From Methanobacteriota archaeon (GTDB taxonomy: Archaea; Halobacteriota; Bog-38; Methanoflorentales; Methanoflorentaceae): 64,000 nucleotides of DNA. Numbering within the stretch: the stretch's first letter is position 1; each line of letters opens with the position of its first letter. Shown here one piece after another: positions 42,781 through 55,226 of this stretch. Where the stretch lies: NCBI GenBank assembly GCA_963719035.1, contig CAVRAO010000002.1, positions 672,001 to 736,000 on the forward strand. The letters are read 5' to 3'. The notes beneath the pieces are model-generated. The model saw only the letters and a program-made list of their open reading frames with translations, searched no databases and was not told where the DNA came from. A program made the translations under genes and the position numbers.

Positions 42781-44050
42781 ATGAGCAACCTAGATACCAA
42801 TGTTGGGAAAACTCTCAACGATAGAACCTGCCGTTTCTGCGGCTCGGTATTGCATTATACATTTGTTGATCTGGGGACGTCCCCTCTGTGTGAAAGCTTT
42901 CTGAACGCCGATCAGCTTAATCAGATGGAACCGTTCTATCCGTTACATACATATGTATGTGAACGATGTTTCCTGGTTCAACTTGAGGAGTATGTTAGCC
43001 CAGAAGAAATCTTCACAGAGTATGCTTATTTCTCGTCTTATGCCAGTACGTTGGCTGCAACATGCCAAAAACTACACCGAATTAATGATAGATAGATTTC
43101 ACCTCAATCAACAATCCAATGTGGTGGAGGTCGCTAGCAATGATGGCTATCTGCTTCAATACTTTGTTGAAAAAAAAATTCCAGTCCTAGGAATTGAGCC
43201 AGCGGTCAATGTGGCTAAGGTAGCTATAGATAAGGGAATTCCAACACTGACTGAATTCTTTGGATCAGAATGTGCTAAAAGATTGGCGAAAGATACTGGT
43301 GGTGCTGATCTAATCATTGGAAACAATGTTCTTGCCCAGGTGCCAGATCTGAATGATTTTGTTGAGGGATTGAAAATTCTTCTTAAACCGTCCGGTGTTG
43401 TAACAATTGAATTTCCTCACCTATCTCGTTTAATCGAACAAAACCAGTTCGATACCATTTATCACGAGCATTTTTCTTATTTTAGCTTTTTCTCGGCCGA
43501 AAAGATATTCGCGGCGCATAGCCTGAAATTGTTCGATGTAGATGAGCTACCCACTCATGGTGGTTCCATTAGAATCTATGCATGCCATGATGGGGATGGC
43601 GCAATAACTGTCAGCGAGAGAGTCAAGCGATTGAAGGAGCGAGAAGATCGGGATGGAATTACTAAGCTCGAATACTATAAAAAATTCGCTGAACAGGTCA
43701 AAGAAACAAAGCGAAAATTGTTATTTTTCTTGATCAAGGCTAAGCGAGAAGGAAAGGTCATTGTCGGGTACGGGGCCCCTGGTAAAGGCAATACATTACT
43801 TAATTATTGTGGGATCCGCACGGATTTTATAGATTATCTTGTAGATCGGAATCCCTACAAGCACGGAAGGTATACACCAGGAACCCACATTCCTATATAT
43901 TCTCCTGATAGAATTACCGAAACTCGACCGGATTACGTGTTGATTTTGCCGTGGAATCTCAAAGATGAGATCATGGAGCAACTCTCGTATATACGAGAAT
44001 GGGGAGGACAATTCATTGTACCCATTCCAGAAGTTACGGTCTATTCTTAA
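42781..44050 (+). CDS. NDP-sugar C-methyltransferase (Zn-binding N-terminus; frameshift near 43050)
   Basis: CRFCG...DLG, CERC, EVASNDGYLL, FDTIYHEH, THGGS, GYGAPGKG, ILPWN. Confidence 0.88.
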
Positions 44051-44157
44051 GAAAACAAAAGAGAAAGTCGAAAATTGGTGTTGGTCTGGCAATATGAACA
44101 AACAGGATTGATGCTAATATCATTCTTCCTACTACAATGAAGGGATAAACAAAGCAT

Positions 44158-44947
44158 ATGAAGGTGGTTCTATTTTGCGGGGGACTGGGAATGCGGCTCA
44201 GAGAATATTCTGCAACGATACCAAAGCCTATGGTTGAAATTGGATATCGGCCACTCATTTGGCATTTAATGCGGTACTATGCCCATTTTGGGCATCACGG
44301 ACTTTATTCTCTGCCTGGGTTACCGAGGGGATCTCATTAAAAAGTATTTTTTAAACTATGCTGAGTGGAAATCGAACGATTTCGTCCTATCAAATGGGGG
44401 ACAAAATATTTCCTTGTACAATAGCGATATCGACGATTGGACCATTTCTTTTATTGATACGGGTCTGCAGGCGAATATTGGAGAAAGACTAAAGGCCGTT
44501 GAGAAATACTTAGAAGGCGAAAGCGTCTTCATGGCCAACTATGCGGATGGACTGACAAATCTTTATTTGCCCGACTATATTGATCACTTTTATAAACACG
44601 ATAAGGTTGCTAGTTTTCTATGTGTTCAACCATCTCAATCATTCCATGTTGTTTCCGTGGACGATAATGATCTGGTTAAAAGTATCACCCCCGTTAGTCA
44701 ATCTAATTTATGGGTCAATGGGGGGTTCTTCATATTCAAGAAGAAGATATTTGATTATATTCGTGATGGTGAAGAATTGGTCCAAGAACCTTTTCAACGA
44801 TTAGCAGAGGAAAAAGAATTGATTGCCTATCGAAACAAGGGATTTTGGGCTTGTTTGGATACCTTCAAGGAAAAACAAGTGTTTGACGATTTAGATGACA
44901 AGGGTCAAACACCCTGGGTAGTTTGGGAAGAATTCAAAACAGGCTGA
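44158..44947 (+). CDS. rfbF: Glucose-1-phosphate cytidylyltransferase (frameshift near 44295)
   Basis: LFCGGLGMR, PKPMVEIG, LCLGY, DTG, NYADG, NGGFF, FWACLDT. Confidence 0.85.
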
Positions 44948-44974
44948 CAATTAATTTGGTTTTGTATTTGAACT

Positions 44975-45646
44975 TTGACGAGCTGGGGTAAGGTGCTAGG
45001 TTTTAACTTAAGACACGAACCGAACAAGCCTTTTCAGGTTTTATGCCTAGGCGCACATAGTGACGATATAGAAATCGGATGCGGTGCAAGCATTCTCAGG
45101 CTCATAAAAGAGTTTCCAAATATACAGGTTCATTGGGTAGTATTCGGGTCATCAGGTATCAGGGCAGAAGAGGCTCTGAATAGTGCGAATGAGATCTTAA
45201 AAGACATACGGGGTAAGAACATTGTCATAATGGGATTTCGTGATGGTTTTTTCCCTTATATTGGAGGTGAGATCAAAGGATACTTCGAGAATTTAAAGAC
45301 TGAAGTGGACCCTGACATAATATTTACCCATTACGGACAGGATGCTCATCAAGACCATCGCTTTATATCCGAGCTGACATGGAATACTTTTCGTAATCAC
45401 TTGATCTTGGAATATGAGATTCCCAAATATGATGGGGATCTAGGTGCCCCCAATTTTTTTGTTCATTTGGATGAGGCGATTTGCCAGCGCAAAGTAGAGC
45501 ACTTGTTGTCCTATTTCAGGACTCAAACCAGCAGACATTGGTTTACGAAAGACACGTTCCTAGCACTATTAAGGTTACGAGGAATAGAATCAAATTCCCC
45601 TGGAAATTATGCAGAGGCATTTTACTGTCGAAAGGTGACTTGCTAG
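44975..45646 (+). CDS. PIG-L/LmbE family deacetylase-like protein
   Basis: GAHSDDIEIG, HQDH, YEIPKYDGD. Confidence 0.88.
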   Translation: MTSWGKVLGFNLRHEPNKPFQVLCLGAHSDDIEIGCGASILRLIKEFPNIQVHWVVFGSSGIRAEEALNSANEILKDIRGKNIVIMGFRDGFFPYIGGEIKGYFENLKTEVDPDIIFTHYGQDAHQDHRFISELTWNTFRNHLILEYEIPKYDGDLGAPNFFVHLDEAICQRKVEHLLSYFRTQTSRHWFTKDTFLALLRLRGIESNSPGNYAEAFYCRKVTC

Positions 45647-46547
45647 GCAAATCTTCTTATTCTGGCTCAATTTTTTCCACTTTGTGCTGGTGTTTTCTTG
45701 GGGGTGATTATCGGGGCTATATAATTTGATAGGACGCCGTGGCCACTGATCTCAAATTGCTAAGGCTGCACAATTACATCATATTTAATTGAAAGTCCCC
45801 CTACAGAATCCACTTACTAATTGCTTGCAAATTTTTCTCTTTATCGTAAACCTATGTCATTTAGTCCTAAGAGCAATGCATGCTCACGAGGCTTCGTAGT
45901 ACATATTCAACAGTATCCATACTGGTCATGCTTTCCATATGTATTAGGCGATGATCGCAGTCCGCCCTCTCAAGGGCCCTCATTGCCTTCCTTAGGGTAC
46001 CTGCATTGAAGTTTATTACACCGATGTCTTTCAGTTGCAAACTCGGTTGAGGTATCCGTTCAGTGTCCGTTCGCCAGTCCCGATCCTTCGAGGTAAAACA
46101 GCAACGTCATTCACTCGCCTAACTGCTCTAATGCTTTATCAGCGCATCAAAAGCAGCGTCACGGCGACCAACAAGCCGCTTAAGTGATCCATTACACAAG
46201 AGCGGCGGGTTTCCCCCTTCCTTTTTTCTTTTCGCTCTTTAAGCCGTAGCGTTAATCAAAGCTCCTCGCGCTATTAATCACAGCAAATATATAAAGAACG
46301 CGTCATCGTAAGCAGCTTTTCAAACTGGCGGCGCCCTAATCCGAAATTTTTTCGTTCACGTCCTTTTAGTGACTACCATATGCATCGGTCAGAACGCATT
46401 CTCCAAGCCTGGCAGACCACAGCGATTAGAACAAGAGCTAGAGGAACAACCTTACACTTCAAACTGGTGAGGATAATTGAAAAAACACATATAATTCTGA
46501 AAAACATAGGTTAAAGCCGTTCCTACATGAACTAGGCTAGGTGCATA

Positions 46548-47633
46548 ATGGAAAGCGTAAAACGGCGAGTGATCTCCCTAGATGTTTTCCGAGGATTGAC
46601 TATCGCCGTAATGATCTTTGTAAACTATCTTGGCTTACTACCCAGAAACCCCCGCCATATTAAAACACGCCCCCTGGACCGGTCTGACCCTGGCTAATCT
46701 GGTATTTCCATTTCTCTTATTTATTGTAGGCGTGTCAATGTCATATTCTTTTGCTTCACGTTCCAAACAATCCTCCAGTAAACTTTGGGGGGCATTTTAT
46801 CTTCCGGGTGGTTGTTCTTTACCTCATAGGCATTGCCCTTGGTTTCGGCTTTTTTTTACGCGGGATCCCCGATTTTTCTTCTATCAGGATCCCGGGAGCA
46901 CTACAGTTAATAGCATTATCTTCGCTTTTCGCTGCCCCCCTGGCTCGTTCAAAAACCAGATGGGTTCTAGTGGCCGCTTCATTACTTCTGGTTTTTCAGA
47001 GCGTTATTCTGCTCAGAGTAGGCGCTCCAGGAGTGCCACTCGGTTCACTGGACGTCAACAACAACATTACCGGATGGGTCAATTTCCAGGGTATTCGGTT
47101 CTTCCCACCTTCTCTATCACAACTTCGATACAGAAGGACTGATTGCCGTAATAAACGGAACAGCTATAATGATGTTAGGTCTGGCCTGTGGTAGAACCTT
47201 GAGGCTAACGAAGCATGACTGGGATTCAGTGAAGTATCTAATTGTCGGAGGGACGATTGCTCTTGCTTTAGGTCTAATTATCACCCCCTCACTACCTTTA
47301 ATTAAACAGCTGTATACTGCCAGCTACATACTGGTTAATGCCCGGTTTAGGGGCCATAAATACTGGCCATACTATATGGCTACAGTAGATTTGCTGGAGC
47401 GAGGAAGGATACTTAAATTGGCAGTTCCATTTGGTCGTAACTCACTTTTTATTTACATCGTCTCCCAGGTTCTGGGTCCTATACTTTTCATGAACAGATT
47501 TAACCTTCGTCAAATTATTATCAATAGTTTAGGTTTAGATATAGGTGCATTAGCCTATGGACTAATTTTAGTGGTTTTTTTGTGGGTGGTGGCCTATCTT
47601 CTGTATCTGAGACATATCTACATTAAATTGTGA
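46548..47633 (+). CDS. HGSNAT/DUF5009-like membrane acyltransferase (several frameshifts)
   Basis: SLDVFRGLTIAVMI, HAPWTGLTLANLVFPFLLFIVG, IPGALQ, PLIKQLYTASY, FGRNSLFIY. Confidence 0.8.
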
Positions 47634-47925
47634 GCACACTTAAGAATAGAAAAACAATTCTAGGAAGACGTTTAATTGTCTTAACTCGTTGATCTGCGAT
47701 TCAAGCCCCACATCAGAAACTCAGTTATGTTAAAGTTACTTGCACTGCAGGCTTTGAAGTCACATCAGACGCCTTAGGACCCGTTTTTCATTAACGCTCT
47801 ACTGCCGTTGGCTTTAGGAACCCCCGCGGGTGCGCCCTTTTTTCAGCGTTCTTGCCAGACGTCTGTCCTACTTAAGCGTTTTATTTTTTAGCCCTCGCCC
47901 TATTTTTTAAATCTGACGATTTCAC

Positions 47926-48250
47926 TTGCAGAGTCAACTATTATCCGTTAACAAGGTCGTCTATCCGCCGCAATTAAAAACGCTTCGGCACGCTTCAGCA
48001 ATGGGAAAACTACGACAGTTAGAGGCCACTAAAAATTCTGTGGTCACTGGTCTGCAACATGAGAATGAATTTTTACAGAAGGTCACTAATCTGGAAACGT
48101 TGCTGCAGGCGGAAAAGGGTCTTAACTCTGAATTGCGTCGCGACAAAGAATCAATTCAAAAGCAACTCGAACTTGTGACTCTGCGATTGCCAGCTCTTAA
48201 AGTTGGTTTCTGAGATGACTCTTTGGCGGTCGAAAAAAGAAGGCGATTAA
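47926..48250 (+). pseudogene. Remnant coiled-coil protein with degenerate GFWxRLFG-type C-terminus
   Basis: LQHENEFL...QKQLELVTLRLPALKVGF* followed by ctctttggcggtcgaaaaaag (LFGGRKK). Confidence 0.45.
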
Positions 48251-48536
48251 TTATTAGCTAAGAGATTGGGTATGAAATATTAATACGACGGCAGTTTATC
48301 TGAAGTTCAATGACCGAGACCTGCAGGATGTTTATGCTAACACTCTTCAGCTGCAGTGTTTTTTGCTCAACCCAGCTGAATATGGCTGGGGAAATACAGT
48401 CTACATGGCCGCAGCGGGAGTCAGCAGTTATTTGCTGAGAGGAAGCACTCTGCGAAAGATCCGGTAATCACCCTAGCCCTCCCCAAACAGAGGTCAAGAA
48501 AGGCGCTTATCAAGAGAAGCTACGCCAGTTTGCTTA

Positions 48537-49316
48537 CTATGCGTCTTCGGATAACTCTAACGGACTTGCAAGATGAAATACATGCTCACTGAATAACGCC
48601 CACAACGCCAAAAGAAATGTCAGTGGGTTTCCACCGTCCGTTTTAAACGCTTTTAGCATATAGGTTCGACAGCAGTTAAGATCACCCACATCTGCAGACG
48701 CTAGTGCGATATTCCTAAAAAGTGTAGCCAAGCCGTTTTTACCGATAACTCGCAGGATCTCGTTTTGGTTCTTTTCAACGATGTATTGATATGCGTGGAC
48801 TTTAGCCAACATATTTGTGGTGCTTATAATACTCCTGGCCAGGCCAAAGTAATAATCTACTCTGACCTTGCGAACAAATACAGGCTCGAAAACGGAGGTT
48901 ATCCTCAAGGTACACTCCCAATCAATAAGGACCCTCATTGATTCGTCGTGATAGCCCACTATAGTAGCGCATTTTTTAGAGTGCACGAAAGCGTTGATAT
49001 CTGTGTAGTTTTCGTCGACAAGATTTCTAAAATTGGACCCCCCCATCCAACCCTCAAATCGGAGGGACCTAGTACTGGATCCTTAACAAAAAGTTGGACC
49101 TGTAATAAGCTGCTTCCCTAAGGGACTCACTTTCGCTGAGCGCAGACCACATTGTAGAAAGATACTCTGGATACCAATCACGTCTGAATCCAAGTAAGCG
49201 ATAAAATCCCCTTTAGCTTGTTTAGCGCGAAATTTCGAGCGCTGCCGGCTCCAGAATGGGCTATTTCTTGTAATGACCACGACAGAAGTCAAAAAAGCGC
49301 TATCAAACGAGAACAA
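48537..49316 (-). pseudogene. Degraded GT2 glycosyltransferase
   Basis: AKGDFIAYLDSD, DWE, TPR-like C-terminus; interrupted and deleted. Confidence 0.6.
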
Positions 49317-49699
49317 GTTCCGACGTTAACGCTGGCAACCCGCAGTTAACATTAAAGCATCTGATCCGTGTGCCCAGACCTTACTGATTCTTGTTAACGG
49401 TGAAACTGTTTTCCGTTCGTCGAATGCCTTATGGATGTGCTGGATGACAGTGAGCAGCAGTCCAAGTTTCAAACGTTTTTCATTATGCATCCTCTAGGCC
49501 TTTTTGGTGGCGATTCACTCGCATTGACTCGCGAATGAATTATAGGGACTTTATTTGACCGTTGTCAACGGCCTGGTCGCTAGGTTCAATATTATTTTGT
49601 CGGAGAGCTTTTTGATAAATACTATCGAACTAGTTATGATTATGTTCTCGAAGTTTGATCTCCTGTTGGTTTTGCTTTTAACATTCCTCTGGTAACATC

Positions 49700-50260
49700 T
49701 TCCGCCGCCTGCTCATCTACAAGCTCTTAATAAATCCCACCATTCCATAACAATGGCTACGAATTCCCAATGTCAGACCAGTTTTCCCGTCGCCTTTGAA
49801 AAAAACTGCCAAAGCTGGAAAACCTTTAGACTTTTGCTAGCGATCATTCAAGATTGAGACGCTTACCATCAGGCCAATCGTTCCAGTAACTGGTGCCCCA
49901 ATCTTCAATAACATAAAGTCCATTTGGCTTAAGATGGTTGTCAAACAGATGCCAAAACGCAGTTTTTGTTCAATCGCCTATGTGCGAAGCATCATCCGAT
50001 AATGATGTCAAATCCTTCGGGTGCAACAGTATTTGCAACCTGCGAGAGGAACTGGGAGATCGGCTTGGTTCCCCTCAAAAATGTGAATGCGTTCGCCAGG
50101 ATTGAAGCCATCTGGAAGTTTAACATCAATACCGGCGATAGTTCCGAATGGAAAATAGTCCCGCCATAGTAAGAGCGACTCCCCTTCCTAAAACACCGAG
50201 TTCGAGAGGAGCAATTTTTTTTTGGACGTATGGTTCAAATATTGGATGTATTTTCTTAAG
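49700..50260 (-). pseudogene. Degraded class I SAM methyltransferase
   Basis: Reverse strand gives ELGV, EGFDIII..DASH-like and LKPNGLYVIEDWGTSYW segments. Confidence 0.6.
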
Positions 50261-50899
50261 ATAGATTGTTAATTATCTTGTCTGAATCTAGTCATCTAAA
50301 GACAATTCCAAGCTTCCCATGTTCGTTCACTCCTCTTTTTTCTTTGACGGTTGTTAATAATCTGCAATGTCAGTGCAGCTTAAGCTCTTTTACGCTCGCT
50401 GTCTGTCCAAAGTTGCTGCAACGCTTTTAAACGAGGAAAACAGATGACTCGCGTCAGAGAAATCCCTATCAGGGCGCTAGCTATCATATGAACTATCTAA
50501 AGCGTCGGTTTTTGGCGCTCTTCTAAAAAAGAAGAATTATAACATATGATGTTTGGTTTACCATTCTTCTTTCTATATTTTATATGGTAAAGGCGGGCCC
50601 GTATCCATGCGTTCAAGATGACGGCGTTTCCGGTAGGCATACTTCAGTGTCGCGAGTCACGCCGTTCTCTCTCCGTCCGAAAAAACCATTAAACGTGAAC
50701 TGTAAGTTGTCCGCTTCGTCCAACTTTTTTAGCCTTCTATTTATCGTTGCGTTCTTATATCAAAGCGACATCACTCTGTTCCGGCGTTTTCCCAGTCACT
50801 GCTCCTCAAGATCAAGTTTCTAACCTCGTAGTTTTCGAACTCAAAACATTTCAAAGCTTGGAAGAATGATTACTACATCCCATGCGCTTGGACGCTAAG

Positions 50900-52032
50900 C
50901 TATTCTAGATTCGATGCTGATGATAATCGTAGCTTTGCTAAGCCACGAGTTCTGCCTCGCAATTTGTCTCCTTGACTCTTGCCAGGCTTTTGCGTCGTAT
51001 TCAAAAACTCGCTTATAGCGTCAACAAATTCGTCCTGCGTTTCTGCTACTCTCAAGAGATGACCGCCGTCAAATTTCTTCAATTCCCGTATACCAGTTGC
51101 GACCACCGGTTTGCCCAGCGAGAAATAATCGTACAGCTTTACAGGGTCACTCGAATCAGCAATTCTGCTGGGTTTAAACGGGATGAGCGCTACATCGAAG
51201 AGTTGGACATACGCTGGCAACTGCTTGTAATCTTTCGTCCCTAATATGAAGACGTTTTCAGGCATTTGGCGTACTCGAAGCTGACTTTGCCGGTCAAGTA
51301 GCCCGATCAGCAGGAAGTCGACTTCGGTGAGTCCTTGTGCGGCGGCGCACAAGAGATCCATGTCTACCCGGCGGTAGGTCCCCATGTAACCTACCCTTTT
51401 TTTTCCGTTCTCGTGTAGTCGGTAATCTGGTACGAGTTCTTGTTCATCTCAAAAAATTCGGCGTCTGTACCGTTTGACACTGTTATGACGTCTTCTTCGT
51501 CCGCAATTGATAGGGCATCTTCTCTCAAGTTTTGAGCCGTTACAAATATGATATCGCTCTTCCTGATGAGATTCTTGTGCTGCTGTTGCACCGGATAAAA
51601 GTGAACAACGATCTGCTCAATAGGATCCAAGTAATCATAACAAAGAAGATCGAAATCATCCTTTGACACAAAAGGCTCCCAGAACGGAGAGGCCACGATT
51701 GCGACCTTCGTCTGAGTTTTCTCGCACAGTTGATTTAACGTCCTTCGAACGGCCGACCCCCGAAAAAAGCGTGGGTTGCCCAGCCACGTCAGAACAAACG
51801 CATCTTCCGCATTCCTGTTACGCTTTTTCAGCAGCAGAGTTTCCAGAGACTGTTTGAGATGGTGGGATTGTCGTGCCACGAAACGGACAACCGCCGGCAG
51901 CTCCACGTAATAGAACTCATACGAGTCCCCAAAATTCGATCGCCATTCCCGGACGAGTTGCTGAGGGCGCTGATACAAGGGGAAGTTATACTCGATAGAT
52001 GAGAAATAAAAAACCGCCGTTTTGTCGTTCAT
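50900..52032 (-). CDS. GT4 glycosyltransferase (TuaH-like), frameshift near 51390
   Basis: YQRPQQL, YDYLD, VSNGTD, FDVALIPF, DPVKLYDY..LGKPVV. Confidence 0.8.
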
Positions 52033-52700
52033 TTCTCAAGGTCTCCTATACGACCGATTCCCTGAGGGTTGTCTTGCATTGCTGCTGATTCCCAACTCAC
52101 CGGAAACTAAGCACCTTCGTTCGCTGTCTTGTACATGACAAACCACTCGCGCACATTTCTTCAAGCTCGCGCCGTCGGCTTTTTGTAGGACGAGTGTTTG
52201 CTTTATTGATTGAGCAAGAACTGGTTGGTGCTAGCGCAATTGTCGTTAAGTTCTTTCTATCCTTAAAGCTTCCATTCAACCGTCGAGGACCGTATCTGTT
52301 TCAATAGCAAATCCCACTAGTGCTGAAAGGTGCTGCATCACTGTCGTGCGCTCGTTTGATCGAACGGCACTGGCACAATAAGGCGGCATAGGTCGTCTTA
52401 GGCTGCGTCTCGGCGTGCATCTTGGCGCTGCGCATTCGCCCCTGTTAAGACGCGGACGGCGAGAGTGGCTCCGCTAATCGCCAGCGACTGTTATGGATAG
52501 AAGGTCGTGATTCGTAGCTTTGGTGAACGAGATATCGACATATGCGCTAAATGAAAAAGCATATATTTCCTCACGGGTCTTTTCGCACTAGTGCTTATCG
52601 TATGTTTGGACAGTGCTAATCGCACCCTAATGACGGAGAGAAGCTGCTACAATGCAGCATAGGCTATGCCAGAAGAACTTTCGGAGCAATAAAGAGAAAC

Positions 52701-53613
52701 ATGAAGACGTGTCCAAAGGTTATCGCGATCGTCTTAAACTGGAACGGTAAGGAAGACACAGTAAACTGTCTCGGCTCCCTCTCTTCAATTGTTTACCCCA
52801 ATTATGAGATAATAGTTGTCGACAATTATTCAACGGATGGATCAATCGAGTGCTTGGAAGAGATGTATCCTAGCATTGAAATAATCCGAAACAGCAAAAA
52901 CTTGGGATTCGCTGAGGGAAACAATGTCGGAATGCGCCGCGCCTTAGCAGGCGGGGCCGACTATGTCTTACTCCTAAATAACGACACCATAGTGGACAGA
53001 TACTTTCTCGATCGTCTCGTAGCGGCAGCAGAGGGGGATCAAACTATCGGATTTGCGGGGCCTAAGGTATACTATCTCGACCACGAAGACGGCGGGCACG
53101 TAATCAGTTTTGCAGGAGGGGCCCTCAACATGTGGATTGGCCGGTCTCGTCACCGCGGCTTGGATGAGCTTGATTCGGGTCAGTACCGATGACATCACCG
53201 AAGTGGATTATGTAGAAGGATCGTGCGTGCTGGCAAAAAAGGGAGCGCTCGACCACATCGGGTTGCTCGATCCTGCGTACTTCTCCTACTGGGAAGACAT
53301 GGACTGGTGTACGAGAGGATGGAAAGCGGGATACAAGTCAATTTATGTGCCGACCGCCAAAATCTGGCACAAGCCATCCTCATCAAACGTTTCTGGATAT
53401 AAGACCTACTACGGAACAAGAAATCGACTCTGGTTTGTGAGAAAAGGAGGAAATGAACTCCAATTTTTGACCTTCTTCTTCTATTTTTTTGTGATTGATG
53501 CGCCGTTTGAAGTGCTGCGGTTAGCGCTATGGCACAAGGACTGGAAGGCTCTGAAGCTATTTGTTGCAGGCACACGAGAAGGGCTGAAAAAGCCGCCGCT
53601 CATGCACGGCTAG
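52701..53613 (+). CDS. GT2 glycosyltransferase (rhamnosyltransferase-like), frameshift near 53185
   Basis: VLNWNG, VDNYSTDGS, NLGFAEGNN, LLNND, YFSYWEDMDW, RNRLWF. Confidence 0.85.
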
Positions 53614-54121
53614 GCGCCTCGACCGAGTGGGACGATAGAATTTACGAACAGGAGCCTCGACGACCTCGTCGCAATGGTTGAGCAGGTTCTGCACGACCTC
53701 CCGTAGCACAAGACACAGCTCGCCTAGCTTAGCAAAAAGGCCGTTCTAGACAACGCGAACGCCCATGCGGCACTCATAGAGAGCCACGTATTTATAGAAC
53801 GACAAACACAGATGGCCCCATACCATAGCTGTACGCGAGCTCCATAGCAAAATCGCGCCGAATGCGACGCTGTCTGCAAGCCTGAACAAAGTTGTCCGCG
53901 GAAAGTGGGTCGTGGAGACCAGTACGCGAATTCACGGCACTCGACGAGGCGCCGCAGAACGATCGCGAGTTCGTGCAAACAAAGCCGAAAGCATACAATC
54001 ACGACTGCAGATCCGCTTCTTGTTGATTAACCTGCTTAAGAAACGTTTTGGAACGCCGGTACGGGCGATCGAGAGTGTTACACTTGGTACGCACCGTGCG
54101 GCTGCGCCTTGTCAGAGAGCC

Positions 54122-55226
54122 ATGAGGGTGACACTAATAACGCTGATGGATGAAGGTGGGATGGTGCATTACACATCCCAACTGTCAAATCATTTGACGC
54201 AGATGGTGGACGTTACGGTAATAGTTCCCGAAGGATGTGACTTGGCTTACTTTAGCGAAAAAGTGTGCGTCAGAACAGTGAAAACCCCCCCACAAGGGGG
54301 GTGGCTAAACAAAAACAACTTACAAGTCTGGAGGTTGTTCTGCGCCATTTCCGAAACAGAACCGGACGTCGTCCACCTCTCCGGCAGCCATCCGTGGATA
54401 TTCCCGCTATATCTCTTTTTGAAAGTGAAACGATACCCGGTCGTGGCGACGGTGCACGACGTGAAAATGCACCTCGGCGAAGCAACGCTAGTGGCGCGTT
54501 TAACGAATTACGTTTACATAAGAAGCGCTGATCACGTTTTTGTCCACGGTGTGAAACTCAGGAACGAACTAGTGAACGCGGGGATTGACGATGGGAAGGT
54601 TTCAAGCATCCCGCTCGGCGGTCTTCTTTCTTCGACGCGAGCAAATGCCGGCGTTGAAGAGGACGGAGTGATATTGTTTTTTGGGAGAATTTTTCCGTAC
54701 AAAGGGCTGGAGTATCTTCTAGATGCCATGCCATTGATCTTGAAAGAGCTTCCGTACGCGCAGCTCATCATTGCGGGCAGCGGGGATCTTGCTGAACTAC
54801 AGCAGCCAATCCAACGCTCGCTCTAACACTACTGTGCTGAACGAGTTCATCCCGGATGACCAGGTCGCTGAGCTCTTCGAACGAGCCGCGGTCGTTGTGC
54901 TGCCTTACGTAGAGGGCTCACAAACAGGGGTCGTCCCAATCGCTTATTCTTTCAAGAAACCCGTCGTTGTCACGAACGTCGGCAGCTTTGACGAGGTGGT
55001 GGAGGACGGTAAGACTGGTTTCATTGTTCCGCCAAGGGACCCAGCTGCCATTGCTGATGCCGTGGCAAAGATACTCAAAGACCGCCGGCGGCGGCTGCAA
55101 ATGGGCGAAAACGCTTACAGAAAGATGAATGAGGACCTTTCCTGGGATACGGTAGTGAGAGAGACCGTACGCGTTTATACCCAGATGACGCGCGGGGCGA
55201 AAATCTCGAACAGAATATGCAAATAA
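54122..55226 (+). CDS. GT4 glycosyltransferase, frameshift near 54790
   Basis: TVHD, FFGRIFPYKG, LPY..GSQTGV, KPVVVTNVG, GFIVPP. Confidence 0.85.
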
